DNA of 32,984 bases, taken from positions 1 through 32,984 of the forward strand of contig JANOQV010000094.1 in the NCBI GenBank assembly GCA_031414955.1, read 5' to 3'. Source of the DNA: Pedosphaera sp. (GTDB lineage: Bacteria; Verrucomicrobiota; Verrucomicrobiia; Limisphaerales; SIBH01). The position numbers and the translations under genes are program-made. Shown here in pieces: positions 18,000-27,592 of this stretch. Each line of letters starts with the position of its first letter. Position 1 is the first letter of the stretch. Under the pieces are notes generated by a model. The model was not told the DNA's origin, made no database searches, and was given only the letters and a program-made list of their open reading frames with translations.

Positions 18000-18010
18000 T
18001 TCACCCCGCC

Positions 18011-18547
18011 ATGAGCCAAGCACCCGCGTCCGCCTCAACCCTGGAACAGGCCATCCGCAACATCCCCGACTTCCCCAAGCCGGGCATTCAGTTCAAGGAC
18101 ATCACCCCTTTGCTGGGCGACGCCAAACTCTTCGCCGCCAGCATCGACCTGCTCACCGCGAGCTTCAAACCGGGCGAGGTGGACTTCGTGGTCGGCATCG
18201 ACGCGCGCGGTTTCATCTTCGCCGGCGCGGCCGCGATCAAGTGGGGCGCGGGTTTCGTGCCCGTGCGCAAGCAAGGCAAGCTCCCCTTCGACACCCACGA
18301 AGAATGCTACCAACTGGAGTACGGCTCCAATGTGCTGGCCATTCACACTGACGCCATCAAGCCGGGCAGCCGCGTCGTGCTGGTCGATGATCTACTCGCC
18401 ACTGGCGGGACGGCGGGGGCCGCAGCCAGCTTGATCAAGAAAGTCGGCGGCCATCTGCTCGAGGTGAGTTTTCTGATCGAACTTTCTTTCCTCAAAGGAC
18501 GCGAGAAGCTCAACGGCTTCCCGGTGCGCTCTATCGTGCGTTACTGA
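18011..18547 (+). CDS. apt: Adenine phosphoribosyltransferase
   Basis: IRNIPDFPKPGIQFKDITPLL, GIDARGFIF, VRKQGKLP, PRPP loop VVLVDDLLATGGT. Confidence 0.97.
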   Translation: MSQAPASASTLEQAIRNIPDFPKPGIQFKDITPLLGDAKLFAASIDLLTASFKPGEVDFVVGIDARGFIFAGAAAIKWGAGFVPVRKQGKLPFDTHEECYQLEYGSNVLAIHTDAIKPGSRVVLVDDLLATGGTAGAAASLIKKVGGHLLEVSFLIELSFLKGREKLNGFPVRSIVRY

Positions 18548-18747
18548 CAACGTACCGCCGGCCCCGGAGCGCGGAAGATTTGTCCGCCCGATCTGTTGGT
18601 TGCGCAGTTCCGCAGTGACTCTGCCACTCGGGGGCGATTCAACGTGGCGGGCCAGACGGCGAGAAGACAGAGTGCGCCATTCCTGGTCGCCCCTGCGGCG
18701 TTCGAATGGCCCGCCACGTTCCATCGTACCAACGGCCACTCCTCAAC

Positions 18748-18777
18748 TTGCCACCCTCATCCTTCCACCTCTAACCT
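18748..18777 (+). promoter_or_regulatory. Sigma-70 promoter, probably leaderless transcript
   Basis: TTGCCA-N18-TAACCT, then 6 nt to GTG 18784. Confidence 0.55.
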
Positions 18778-18783
18778 CCGCCC

Positions 18784-20970
18784 GTGGCCGCGCTCCAATC
18801 GATCGACATCGCCGTGTTTCGCTTCATCAACGGAACGCTGTCGAACGCCTTCTTTGACTGGCTGATGCCCATCCTGGCCGGAGGCGATTGGTTTCTTCCC
18901 CTGGTCCTGCTCCTGGCTGGGTTTTGGATCTGGAAGGGCGGATCGCGCGCCCGGCTTTGTGCCTTGATGCTCGCCATCGTGATTCCGATCGGCGACGGCT
19001 GGATCACCAACACGATCAAGAAAGCCGTCGCGCGCCCGCGACCCTGCCGGATGGTCGGCGACGTCAGACTCCCCATGAAGCAGGCCCAACCGCGCGCCGG
19101 GGAAGAGAACGAGTTCCGCCGCAGCGGCTGCACTTCAACCGGCAGCATGCCCTCGGGCCACACCACCAACTGGTTTGCCGCCACCATGGTCGTCTGGATT
19201 TTTTATCGCCGCGCCTGGCGCGTCATGCTGCCGATGGCGGCCGCAGTCGGCTTCTCGCGCATCTACAATGGCGTCCATTACCCGGCGGATGTGCTGGCGG
19301 GCGCGATCATCGGCTCGGGCTACGGGCTGGCCTTGAGCATCGGGGTCAATGCCTTCTGGCGGCGGGCCGTCGTCCCGTTCTTCCCGCGCTGGTGCGGCCC
19401 CCTGCCCTCCCTGTTGCCCTCCTCGGAGCAAGCACCGGAATTGGAAGGAGCCATGCCTGCGGCAGAAATTCACTGGCTGCGGCTGGGCTTGCTGCTCATC
19501 GGCGGTGTCCTTATCGCGCGACTGTGGCACGCCGGCAGCGACCGCACCGACCTGAGTGCCGACGAGGCTTTTCGCTGGCTGTGGTCCACCCAACTCAACT
19601 TCGGCAACTGGTTCCACGCCCCACTCGGCATCTGGCTGCAATGGCTCGGCCAGAAAGTGTTCGGCCCGCACGAGTTTGCCGTACGCTTTCTGCCACCCAT
19701 CTACCTGGCCGTGGCCAGCCTGGCAGCGCAGCGTTTCTTCATGCGCGAGGTCAGCGCACGCGCGGGCTTCTGGCTCGTGGTCATCCTCCAACTCACGCCG
19801 CTGCTCACCGCCGGTTCGTCGCTGGCCGGTGCGGATGCGCTGCTCGTTTTGTTCTGCACGCTCTCCATGTTCGCCGGATGGCGCGCGCTGGGTCCGCAAG
19901 GAACCCTCAGAGACTGGGGGTTGCTCGGACTCTGGATGGGACTGGCCTACTTCACCAACGTCGCCGGCATTATCCTCCCGTTCTCGTGGGTGACATTTTT
20001 TTCGATCTGGAAACTGGCGAACATTCATCAGCACGGCTCAGGCCCGGCCAGGATGGAGTTGGTGTTAATCTCTTTTGTCACATTCGGCGGCTGGTTTCTC
20101 AGTGATTGGAACACGGTTGTTGGCCAGGCGACCGGCTTCAACCTTGGGCCGAGCTGGCGCACCCGCTTCGACACTCCGTGGGAATTCCTGGGCCTGAGCG
20201 CGGCTCTCGTGAATCCAATTCTTCTGGCTGGCATGGTCTGGGCCGCGGTCGCCTTCTGGAAGGATGAGAAGCACAACTTGCTGCCACGCCTCTTCTTCGT
20301 CCTGGGCGCACCGTTACTGCTCGGCTGCACGCTGTTTTTCCTGCCCGCGCAGTTGCGGCTCAACTGGATAGCCATCTCGGTCATCCCGCTCTCCTGCCTG
20401 CTGGTGGTCTTCTGGCGCCGGCAATTCGACCGCAGCCCGCGCCTCGTCTCCCTCGGCCTCGCCACAGGGTTGGTTTGGGGCCTGGCCAGCACGGCGCTCT
20501 TGCACGAGTCCAGCCTGACGAAAACTTTCACCGGCTCCCGGCTGCCCCCGCAGTTTGATCCGCTGCAACGCGTGCGCGGCTGGACGGCCATGGGCCGCGC
20601 CGTCAGCTTCGAGCGCAACAAGTTGATGTCCAACGGCCCGCCGGTGTTCGTCATCGGCGACAACCTCGGCACGGCCAGCCTGCTCACTTTCTACCTGCCG
20701 CGGGCGCGGACGAACACCGCGACTCCCATTGTTTACTGTCGCGAACCAGCGCTTTCGGACGGGCCAGACGTGACTTGGCCCGCCTACTCGAAGGCCCGCA
20801 CCGGCCAGAATGCCATTTACGTGCAGGACTCCATGCAGCCAGCCCTCGCGCCGCCGGAGCTCGCCCGACAATTCGCCTCCGTGACAAATCTGGGGACGAT
20901 CCTCATCCACCATCGCGGCCGGCCCCTGCGCCACATGCGCCTCTTCGAGTGCCGCAACTTGCTGCCGTGA
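18784..20970 (+). CDS. Fusion of PAP2 lipid phosphatase and ArnT/PMT-like (GT-C) glycosyltransferase domain
   Basis: PAP2 motifs KKAVARPRP, PSGH, SRIYNGVHYPADV in the N-terminal ~200 aa, then a multi-TM domain starting DLSADEA..W.WS and FG..EFAVRF. Confidence 0.85.
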   Translation: MAALQSIDIAVFRFINGTLSNAFFDWLMPILAGGDWFLPLVLLLAGFWIWKGGSRARLCALMLAIVIPIGDGWITNTIKKAVARPRPCRMVGDVRLPMKQAQPRAGEENEFRRSGCTSTGSMPSGHTTNWFAATMVVWIFYRRAWRVMLPMAAAVGFSRIYNGVHYPADVLAGAIIGSGYGLALSIGVNAFWRRAVVPFFPRWCGPLPSLLPSSEQAPELEGAMPAAEIHWLRLGLLLIGGVLIARLWHAGSDRTDLSADEAFRWLWSTQLNFGNWFHAPLGIWLQWLGQKVFGPHEFAVRFLPPIYLAVASLAAQRFFMREVSARAGFWLVVILQLTPLLTAGSSLAGADALLVLFCTLSMFAGWRALGPQGTLRDWGLLGLWMGLAYFTNVAGIILPFSWVTFFSIWKLANIHQHGSGPARMELVLISFVTFGGWFLSDWNTVVGQATGFNLGPSWRTRFDTPWEFLGLSAALVNPILLAGMVWAAVAFWKDEKHNLLPRLFFVLGAPLLLGCTLFFLPAQLRLNWIAISVIPLSCLLVVFWRRQFDRSPRLVSLGLATGLVWGLASTALLHESSLTKTFTGSRLPPQFDPLQRVRGWTAMGRAVSFERNKLMSNGPPVFVIGDNLGTASLLTFYLPRARTNTATPIVYCREPALSDGPDVTWPAYSKARTGQNAIYVQDSMQPALAPPELARQFASVTNLGTILIHHRGRPLRHMRLFECRNLLP

Positions 20971-21917
20971 CCCGCCACGCCTCGCAACAGATCGTTCTCC
21001 CCGTCCGCGATTACGATCTCGCCGCCACGCTCGCTTCCGGCCAGGCCTTCCGCTGGCGCGAACACACTGGCGAAGGGGCCAGCCTCAGCGCGACCGGAGC
21101 CACCTGGACGGGCATTGTCGCCGGTCGCTGGGTGCGACTGAGGCAGACGAAGCAAGGCATCGCCGCCGAAACCGCCGCCCCCACCGCCGACTGGTCGTGG
21201 CTGGAAAACTATCTCCAAACTGAAATCGATCTCGCGTCGGTGCTGGCGGGCTTTCCGGATGACGAACCCATGCGCGCCGCCGTAGCCGCCTGCCGCGGTC
21301 TGCGCCTGCTCCGGCAGGAACCCTGGGAATGCCTCGCCTCCTTCATCCTCTCCTCCACGAAGCAGATTGTGCAGATCCAGCAGATCGTCGCCCTGCTCGG
21401 CCAACGCTTCGGAGAATCCGTGCCCGGGCCAGCGCACCACGAACCCTGTTTCTCCTTCCCCACCGCCACGCGGCTCGCGCACTGCACCGAGTCTGAGCTG
21501 CGCGAATGCAAGATGGGTTTCCGCGCACCCAACCTGCTTCGATCCGCGCTAATGATCGAAGCCGGTGAAGTGAACCTGGCGCAGTTGGGCAAGCTCCCGG
21601 TGGACGAGGCCCGGGCGGAACTGATCAAGCTGCCCGGCGTGGGGCCAAAGATCGCCAACTGCGTGCTCCTCTTCGCCTATGGTTTTCCCGAGGCGTTCCC
21701 CGTGGACGTGTGGGTGTTGAAGGCGCTGCGCGAGTTGTATTTCCCCAAACGCCGGGTCGGCGAAAAGCGCCTCGCCCGCTTCGTCGCCTCGCACTTCGGC
21801 CCTCACGCCGGGTACGCCCAGCAGTACCTGTTTCACTACATGCGAACGCGCCCGAAACAACCGGCGAGCGAGCCTGCAGGCGACAGTGAAAGGCCAGCCC
21901 GCGCTCGACTCCGTTGA
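20967..21917 (+). CDS. 8-oxoguanine DNA glycosylase (OGG1-type, HhH-GPD)
   Basis: GTG overlaps the upstream TGA. TLASGQAFRW, GLRLLRQEPWECLASFI, HhH LPGVGPKIANC with Lys, FPVDVW, AGYAQQYLF. Confidence 0.92.
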   Translation: MTRHASQQIVLPVRDYDLAATLASGQAFRWREHTGEGASLSATGATWTGIVAGRWVRLRQTKQGIAAETAAPTADWSWLENYLQTEIDLASVLAGFPDDEPMRAAVAACRGLRLLRQEPWECLASFILSSTKQIVQIQQIVALLGQRFGESVPGPAHHEPCFSFPTATRLAHCTESELRECKMGFRAPNLLRSALMIEAGEVNLAQLGKLPVDEARAELIKLPGVGPKIANCVLLFAYGFPEAFPVDVWVLKALRELYFPKRRVGEKRLARFVASHFGPHAGYAQQYLFHYMRTRPKQPASEPAGDSERPARARLR

Positions 21918-21977
21918 CGCCAGCCCAGGGTGCCATCGCCTCCGTGACGGCGGGCGTAGTTGCCCCACATCCGCGTC

Positions 21978-22005
21978 TTGACTCGTCCTTCCCCGCCGCT
22001 AACTT
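21978..22005 (+). promoter_or_regulatory. Sigma-70 promoter for the FKBP gene
   Basis: TTGACT-N16-TAACTT, 9 nt before ATG 22015. Confidence 0.55.
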
Positions 22006-22014
22006 CGCGCCCTT

Positions 22015-22884
22015 ATGAAACTCATTTTGCATTCCCTCCTGACTGCGGGTTTGTGCGCGACGCTGTTCGCGGCGGATGAAAAGCCCGCCGCTCAATTCAA
22101 GGACAGCCGCGACAAGACCAGCTACAGCCTCGGCGTCAACATCGGCAACAGCATGAAGACCCAGGGCGCGGACCTCAACGTGGACGAGGTCGCCAACGGC
22201 CTGCGCGATTCCCTCGGCGGCAAACCCAAGCTCGACGAGAAAGAAGTCCGCGAAGTCCTGACCGCCTGGCAGACCGAGCTTCGCGCCAAGATGATGGAAA
22301 AGCGCAAGACCGAGGGCGACGTGAACAAGAAAGCCGGCGAAGCCTGGCTGGCGGCCAACGCCCAAAAGCCCGGCATCAAAACCATGCCCGACGGCCTGCA
22401 ATACAAAGTGCTCGTGTCGGGCAAAGGACCGCAGCCCAAGCCGGGCGACACCGTTTCGGCCCATTACAAAGGCACGCTGACCGACGGCACCGAATTCGAC
22501 AGCTCCTACAGCCGCGGCAAGCCGCTCACCATCGGCGTGATGAACGTCGTCCCGGGCTGGCAGGAGGCGCTGACCAACATGCACGTCGGCGACAAGTGGG
22601 AGCTCTACATCCCAAGCCAGCTCGGCTACGGCGAACGCGGCTCGCCGCCGAAGATCGGCGCGAACGCCACGCTGGTGTTTGAGATGGAACTGCTCGGCAT
22701 CGAACCGCCGCAAGCGGCGGCGACCCCGGCCTTCCCCTCGCTCAATGGTGGCGCTCCCGGTGCCGCGCCGCAGATCAAAGTACAGCAGGCTCCCGGCGCG
22801 GGCGGTTCGCAGCGGATTCAAGTTCAACCGGCACCGGGCGCTGGAGGGCAGCAGCAAATCCAAGTGCAGCCGGTGAAGAAGTAG
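22015..22884 (+). CDS. FKBP-type peptidyl-prolyl isomerase (FkpA/Mip-like) with signal peptide
   Basis: Signal peptide, SYSLGVNIG, GLQYKVL, HYKGTLTDGTEFDSS, VVPGWQEAL, IPSQLGYG, LVFEMELL. Confidence 0.95.
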   Translation: MKLILHSLLTAGLCATLFAADEKPAAQFKDSRDKTSYSLGVNIGNSMKTQGADLNVDEVANGLRDSLGGKPKLDEKEVREVLTAWQTELRAKMMEKRKTEGDVNKKAGEAWLAANAQKPGIKTMPDGLQYKVLVSGKGPQPKPGDTVSAHYKGTLTDGTEFDSSYSRGKPLTIGVMNVVPGWQEALTNMHVGDKWELYIPSQLGYGERGSPPKIGANATLVFEMELLGIEPPQAAATPAFPSLNGGAPGAAPQIKVQQAPGAGGSQRIQVQPAPGAGGQQQIQVQPVKK

Positions 22885-22920
22885 TCTTCAGTCCGACACG
22901 AACGAGGGCACGAAGTGTTC

Positions 22921-22950
22921 AAGGCGGCGTGATTTCACGCCGCCTTTTTT
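22921..22950 (+). terminator. Rho-independent terminator
   Basis: GGCGGCGTGA-TT-TCACGCCGCC followed by TTTTTT. Confidence 0.88.
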
Positions 22951-23026
22951 CGTTTCCGTGAAGACATGGCGGCGGCCCGTTGGCGAAGTTGGACACGTTC
23001 GCGCGCGGCGCGTTAGGCTGCGCCGC

Positions 23027-25243
23027 GTGCGCAAGTTCTCGTTCAAACATTTCGCGGTTATTCTCGCTCTAGCCCTGGCCGGCTGCGGCGACCAGCGTCC
23101 GTCATCGCCTTCCACCGGCGGGTATGGACCACTGACTGCGGAGCCATCGAAGTCCATCGTGCGGGCGCGGCCGGATAACTCCGCCACCGAACCCTGGACC
23201 AACGCGGGCCTGACCGTGATTCAAACCGAGCTTAGTCCGGCCACGCTGTATCACTCGTCCTCGAAGACGCTCTCTTTTTTCGCCAACATGATGGAGACCG
23301 GCATCGGCGGACCTACCTTCGCGGCGATTTCCACCGAGCAGGGGCCGAAGATTTTCAAACCCGGCGAGGCGATTGCGCCGTCGCGCCTGCGCGAATCATG
23401 GTTCGTGGTCTGGTGGTCGGGCGCAACCAACTGGACGAACTGGGATTCGCCGTGGTTCCTGACCTTGCAGCACCGGCCCGAGATGATTCGCTTCGACACC
23501 AACGGGTTGCATTTCACCTTCACCAACGAGGCGGGCTACGCGGCGCTGATGCCCATGTACGGTTACTACAAGCCGCTGCCACTCGCACTGGAGAAGCACC
23601 CGTTCTATACGCTCAAGGAAAAAAAGAAGCGCGTGCTCACTTGGGAATGGCACAAGGCGCTGCCCGCCGATCCGCTGGCCCGCGCCCGCTACTGGGCCTG
23701 CGCGCTGCGCGAGTTTCCGATTTATTGCGAGGACAGCTTCAGCGTGGATCGCGCGCACGACAGCGTGACCTTCCGGCAATCGTTCCGCTGGCTTTCGTGG
23801 AACGACGATTGGAACACGAAGCACCTGAAGCTCGCCCCGGTCAGCCCGGTGCTGGCCCATGCCTGGCGCGAGGGTTTCCCGGCCAAGTTTTCCAAGGAGC
23901 CCTTCGACATGGAAATCTTTACGCCTTACGGACCGTATTACGGTGTGCAGGGAGCGGACTCCTACGACGTGACCCTGCCGGTGCTGCGCTACGTGAACGA
24001 AACGGAAGTGGTGGAAACGAAACTGACCAATTCACATCCGACCGTGGCGGCGGCGCTGGAAAAACTGCGGCAGACGGCGCGCGGGGATTTCCTCACGCCC
24101 GACAGGGCAAATCCCGGACTTCACTCCGCCTCGTTGGCCAGGGCTTTGCCCTTCATGGATGAAACCACACGCAGCAATACTGCTCTCAGTCTGAGGAAAT
24201 ATTTTCGCGAGGATGTGCTGACCACGGCGCCCAGTTCGCTGCCCAAGGCTTCTCTGGAATCCATCTGGGCCTACGCGCATTTCACCGGCGACTGGGATTT
24301 GATCCGCGAGCGCTGGCCGCTCATCAAGACGCTGTTCGCTCCGCCCGCGCAGACGCGCTGGGCCGGATTCGGCGGCGACGAAATCACCGGCTTGGGCGAC
24401 AAAACTGCGCCTTGCCTCGCGATGGCCCGACTGGCTTGGAAAGCAGGCGACATCGACGAATACAACTTCGCCTGCCAGAGGTTCGCGCGGGAACTGGTGC
24501 AGCAGTGGCTCCAGTTGCGCGGGACGAAATACTTTCGCGACCACCAGCCGTGGCACTCGCTGGAAGCGATGGACGGCGAGGTTTATCCCAACCAGCTCCG
24601 GAGCGATGGAAATGGCTGGCAAATCGACGGACCGAATTACCCGATGCAAACCGGCGAACGCCAGTTCACCAATCGTTGGGCACGATTCCAAGACGCGGAT
24701 GTCGGGCGCTTCCTCCGCGAGCATCTCGCGCCGGAAGTGAAGATTGAACTGGACCGACTGCAAGCGCGCGGACCCGCGCCGCGCCGTTGGCAAAGCGACC
24801 AAACGCCGTCCTTGACGCAACTGCGCTCGCTCCTGCTGAACGAAACTCCGGCTGAACTGGCGCGCGTGGCCACGCCGGATCAGTTCACCGGCCTGCCTTC
24901 GGGCGTGATGGCCAGTTGTCTCGCGGTGCTCCGCGCCAGTCATGTGCCTCGCCACGAGCGGCTGATCCCCGGCGGTGCGCCATCGCCGTTCGTGGCTGGA
25001 GCCGAGCGCTCGGTGCCCGGTCCCAATCCTCATCTCGTGCAACTCTTCGTGACCGAGCGCCACGAGCCAGGCACGCCATCCGCCACGCCGCTCTGGCCGC
25101 GCTTGGTCTGGCGGGAGTGGAAGACTCCCACTGGAATGGATTGGAATTTCGGCCAGGTCATGGATTCCACGAATGCCCCGACCCGCTCCGAGTCCACCGC
25201 GCTGAACTGGAATACGCGGGTCATCAGCATTCACGCTCGGTGA
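23027..25243 (+). CDS. Large lipoprotein of unknown function (possible alpha/alpha-barrel glycosidase-like C-terminal part)
   Basis: GTG 23027 gives RKFSFKHFAVILALALAGC (lipobox). Trp-rich, with segment ESIWAYAHFTGDWDLIRERWPLIK. TAGGCT -10 box 7 nt upstream supports this start. Confidence 0.75.
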   Translation: MRKFSFKHFAVILALALAGCGDQRPSSPSTGGYGPLTAEPSKSIVRARPDNSATEPWTNAGLTVIQTELSPATLYHSSSKTLSFFANMMETGIGGPTFAAISTEQGPKIFKPGEAIAPSRLRESWFVVWWSGATNWTNWDSPWFLTLQHRPEMIRFDTNGLHFTFTNEAGYAALMPMYGYYKPLPLALEKHPFYTLKEKKKRVLTWEWHKALPADPLARARYWACALREFPIYCEDSFSVDRAHDSVTFRQSFRWLSWNDDWNTKHLKLAPVSPVLAHAWREGFPAKFSKEPFDMEIFTPYGPYYGVQGADSYDVTLPVLRYVNETEVVETKLTNSHPTVAAALEKLRQTARGDFLTPDRANPGLHSASLARALPFMDETTRSNTALSLRKYFREDVLTTAPSSLPKASLESIWAYAHFTGDWDLIRERWPLIKTLFAPPAQTRWAGFGGDEITGLGDKTAPCLAMARLAWKAGDIDEYNFACQRFARELVQQWLQLRGTKYFRDHQPWHSLEAMDGEVYPNQLRSDGNGWQIDGPNYPMQTGERQFTNRWARFQDADVGRFLREHLAPEVKIELDRLQARGPAPRRWQSDQTPSLTQLRSLLLNETPAELARVATPDQFTGLPSGVMASCLAVLRASHVPRHERLIPGGAPSPFVAGAERSVPGPNPHLVQLFVTERHEPGTPSATPLWPRLVWREWKTPTGMDWNFGQVMDSTNAPTRSESTALNWNTRVISIHAR

Positions 25244-25290
25244 AAAGACGCAACCCAAGGGGCGTGTGGCTCAAACGACTGCACCGCTGC

Positions 25291-25400
25291 CGGCGCGCGG
25301 GTTTTCAACCCGCAGCAACACTCGACCTGGGAACACGCCAATGATTTCATCGCACATTCTGACCAAGCTGGCCTGCTGCAGGTTAAAAACCCGCGCGCCG
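25291..25400. repeat. REPIN copy 5 (unrelated spacer, same 110-bp length)
   Basis: Arms CGGCGCGCGGGTTTTCAACCCGCAGCA and TGCTGCAGGTTAAAAACCCGCGCGCCG. Confidence 0.85.
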
Positions 25401-25524
25401 TTGATTTGGGCAACACGCCCAGTGGGTGCGCCCTCCACAGCACGCCGCCGCCCATAAACTTTGAATAGCGGAACGCTGCGGCCCAGTCCACTCTTGCGCC
25501 CGTTTCTCCGGGAACAGGAATTCA

Positions 25525-26739
25525 TTGATGAGAGTTTTTTTTACATTGCTGGTTGTCGTCGGACTCAGTGTCGTCGGCTTTTTTGTCTGGCAACAGTGGG
25601 AGCGTCGGCAGGCTGAAGCGCCGGAGGCCAAATCCATTTCCACCGCCACGGTCGAGGCGCGCGACATCAGCTTTGCCGTCAACGCCGCAGGCGAGATCGG
25701 CCCGGCTGATCAAGTGTCGGTGCGCCCGGAGATCAACGGCAAGATCGCGGAGCTGCCGGTGGATATCGGCGACCAGTTGAAGAAGGGACAATTGCTTTGC
25801 CGGCTCGATGACACGGATTTGCAGTCGGAAAAGGAATCTCAACTGAGCCAGATCGCGGGCGCGAAGTTGCAGATCGAGGCGGCGGCTCTCCAGGGGGCCA
25901 AGACCGAGCGCGAGTTCAAACGCCATCAGCAGCTCTACGACGCGAAGCTCGTCGCTCAGGACATTTTCGATAACACGCGCACCGATCACGAAGTGGCCCT
26001 GAATGCGCTCGCTCTCTCGAAGAACGCCCTGGAGCGCGCGGAGAAGTCGCTCAAGCAGGTCATGGACAAACTGGCCAAGACGCACCTCGAAGCGCCGTTT
26101 GACTGCACCGTGCTCACGCGGCCAGTCTCGCTGGGGCAAACCGTTTCCGGCTCGGGCGGTTTCAACTCCGGCACGGAGATCATGAGCATCGCCAACTTGA
26201 ATGACATGATCATCACGGCCCACATCAACCAAGCCGACGTGACGCGCATGAAGACGGGCCAACCGGTGGACGTGCAAGTGGAGTCGGTGCCCGGCCTGCG
26301 CATGAAAGGCTCCGTGGAACGCATCGCGCCCCAGGCCGTGATCAAGAACGGCATCAAGGGCTTCTCCGCGCGCATCGCCATCAAGAACCTCGATCCGCGC
26401 ATCCGGCCAGGCATGACCTCCATCCTGAGCATTCCTGTCGCCAGCGTGGAGAACGCGATCTCGGTGCCGCTCTCGGCTGTGTTCACGGAGAAGGGTGAGC
26501 GGTTTGTTTATGCGCGAGACGGCGAAATGTTTGAGCGTCGTCCCGTCCAAATCGGGATCAGCGACTATTCCTTCGCCGAGGTGCAGCGAGGTTTAAACGA
26601 TGGCGAAGTGGTGGCCCTGGAGACACCGCGCGATCTAAAACCGGTGAAACCCGCCCAAGCCGCCTCCACCAATGCCACCACCGGCGTGGCCCAACCCGCC
26701 ACCTCCACCCCGACCGGAGGGAGGAAGGCCGTGCTGTGA
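25525..26739 (+). CDS. Efflux periplasmic adaptor subunit (MacA/HlyD family)
   Basis: N-terminal TM, VRPEINGKIAELPVDIGDQLKKGQLL, helical hairpin, APFDCTV, IRPGMT, VQIGISD. Confidence 0.92.
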   Translation: MMRVFFTLLVVVGLSVVGFFVWQQWERRQAEAPEAKSISTATVEARDISFAVNAAGEIGPADQVSVRPEINGKIAELPVDIGDQLKKGQLLCRLDDTDLQSEKESQLSQIAGAKLQIEAAALQGAKTEREFKRHQQLYDAKLVAQDIFDNTRTDHEVALNALALSKNALERAEKSLKQVMDKLAKTHLEAPFDCTVLTRPVSLGQTVSGSGGFNSGTEIMSIANLNDMIITAHINQADVTRMKTGQPVDVQVESVPGLRMKGSVERIAPQAVIKNGIKGFSARIAIKNLDPRIRPGMTSILSIPVASVENAISVPLSAVFTEKGERFVYARDGEMFERRPVQIGISDYSFAEVQRGLNDGEVVALETPRDLKPVKPAQAASTNATTGVAQPATSTPTGGRKAVL

Positions 26740-26740
26740 A

Positions 26741-26841
26741 AATGACGAAGGACGAATTCCCAATGACGAAGGAAGCTCCGGACTCAATCCGGCGATGGAC
26801 CAGGCTCCTCGTTCGTCGTTCGTCATTCGTCATTCGTCATT
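26741..26841. repeat. 7-nt-periodic inverted-repeat element (AATGACG type)
   Basis: Left AATGACG AAGGACG AATTCCC AATGACG AAGG AAGCTCC; right CGTTCGT CGTTCGT CATTCGT CATTCGT CATT. Confidence 0.82.
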
Positions 26842-26847
26842 CCTGAA

Positions 26848-27582
26848 ATGCCCCTGGTCGAACTCCGCAACGTCAGCAAGATTTACCACCTCGGCGGCGA
26901 GGAAATCCGCGCCCTCGACGACGTGTCGCTCGACATCGAAGGCGGCGAGTTCATCTCCATCATCGGGCCGTCCGGCAGCGGCAAATCGACCTTGATGCAC
27001 ATCCTCGGCTGTCTTGATTCGCCGACCAAGGGGACGATTAAGCTCGATGGGAAAATGATTCACGACTCATCCGCCTCCGAACTGGCCCGGGTGCGGAACC
27101 AGAAGATCGGCTTTGTGTTCCAGTTCTTCAACCTGCTGCCCAAGTTGAATGTGTTGCAGAATGTGGAACTGCCCATGATCTACAGCGGCACCGGTGCGCG
27201 CGAACGCCGGGAGCGGGCCATGCAGGCGCTCAAGTTGGTGGACCTGGAGAATCGCAGCAAGCACCGCCCCAGTCAGCTTTCCGGGGGACAGCAGCAGCGC
27301 GTGGCCATCGCCCGCGCGCTGGTCAACGAGCCGAAGATTATTTTCGCCGATGAGCCGACGGGCAACCTGGACTCCCACACCGGCGAAGCCATTCTCACTT
27401 TGTTCCGCACGCTCAGCGAGCAGGGACGCACCATCGCCCTGGTCACGCACGATCCTGAGATTGCGGCGGTCACGCCACGCCGGATCGAGATTCGCGACGG
27501 GAAGATTGCCCAGCAGGTGGATGCGAAGCTGGCGGGGCTGGATCGCGCGCCGATGGCGGCCAGCACCTCGTTGCCAGCATAA
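26848..27582 (+). CDS. ABC transporter ATP-binding protein (MacB/LolD family)
   Basis: Walker [47 protein letters not shown]. Confidence 0.96.
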   Translation: MPLVELRNVSKIYHLGGEEIRALDDVSLDIEGGEFISIIGPSGSGKSTLMHILGCLDSPTKGTIKLDGKMIHDSSASELARVRNQKIGFVFQFFNLLPKLNVLQNVELPMIYSGTGARERRERAMQALKLVDLENRSKHRPSQLSGGQQQRVAIARALVNEPKIIFADEPTGNLDSHTGEAILTLFRTLSEQGRTIALVTHDPEIAAVTPRRIEIRDGKIAQQVDAKLAGLDRAPMAASTSLPA

Positions 27583-27592
27583 TGAAGGCGCG

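Noticed and set aside
18566..18587. Possible lone degenerate REP GGAGCGCGGAAGATTTGTCCGC
   Set aside because: Weak stem and no clear partner arm.
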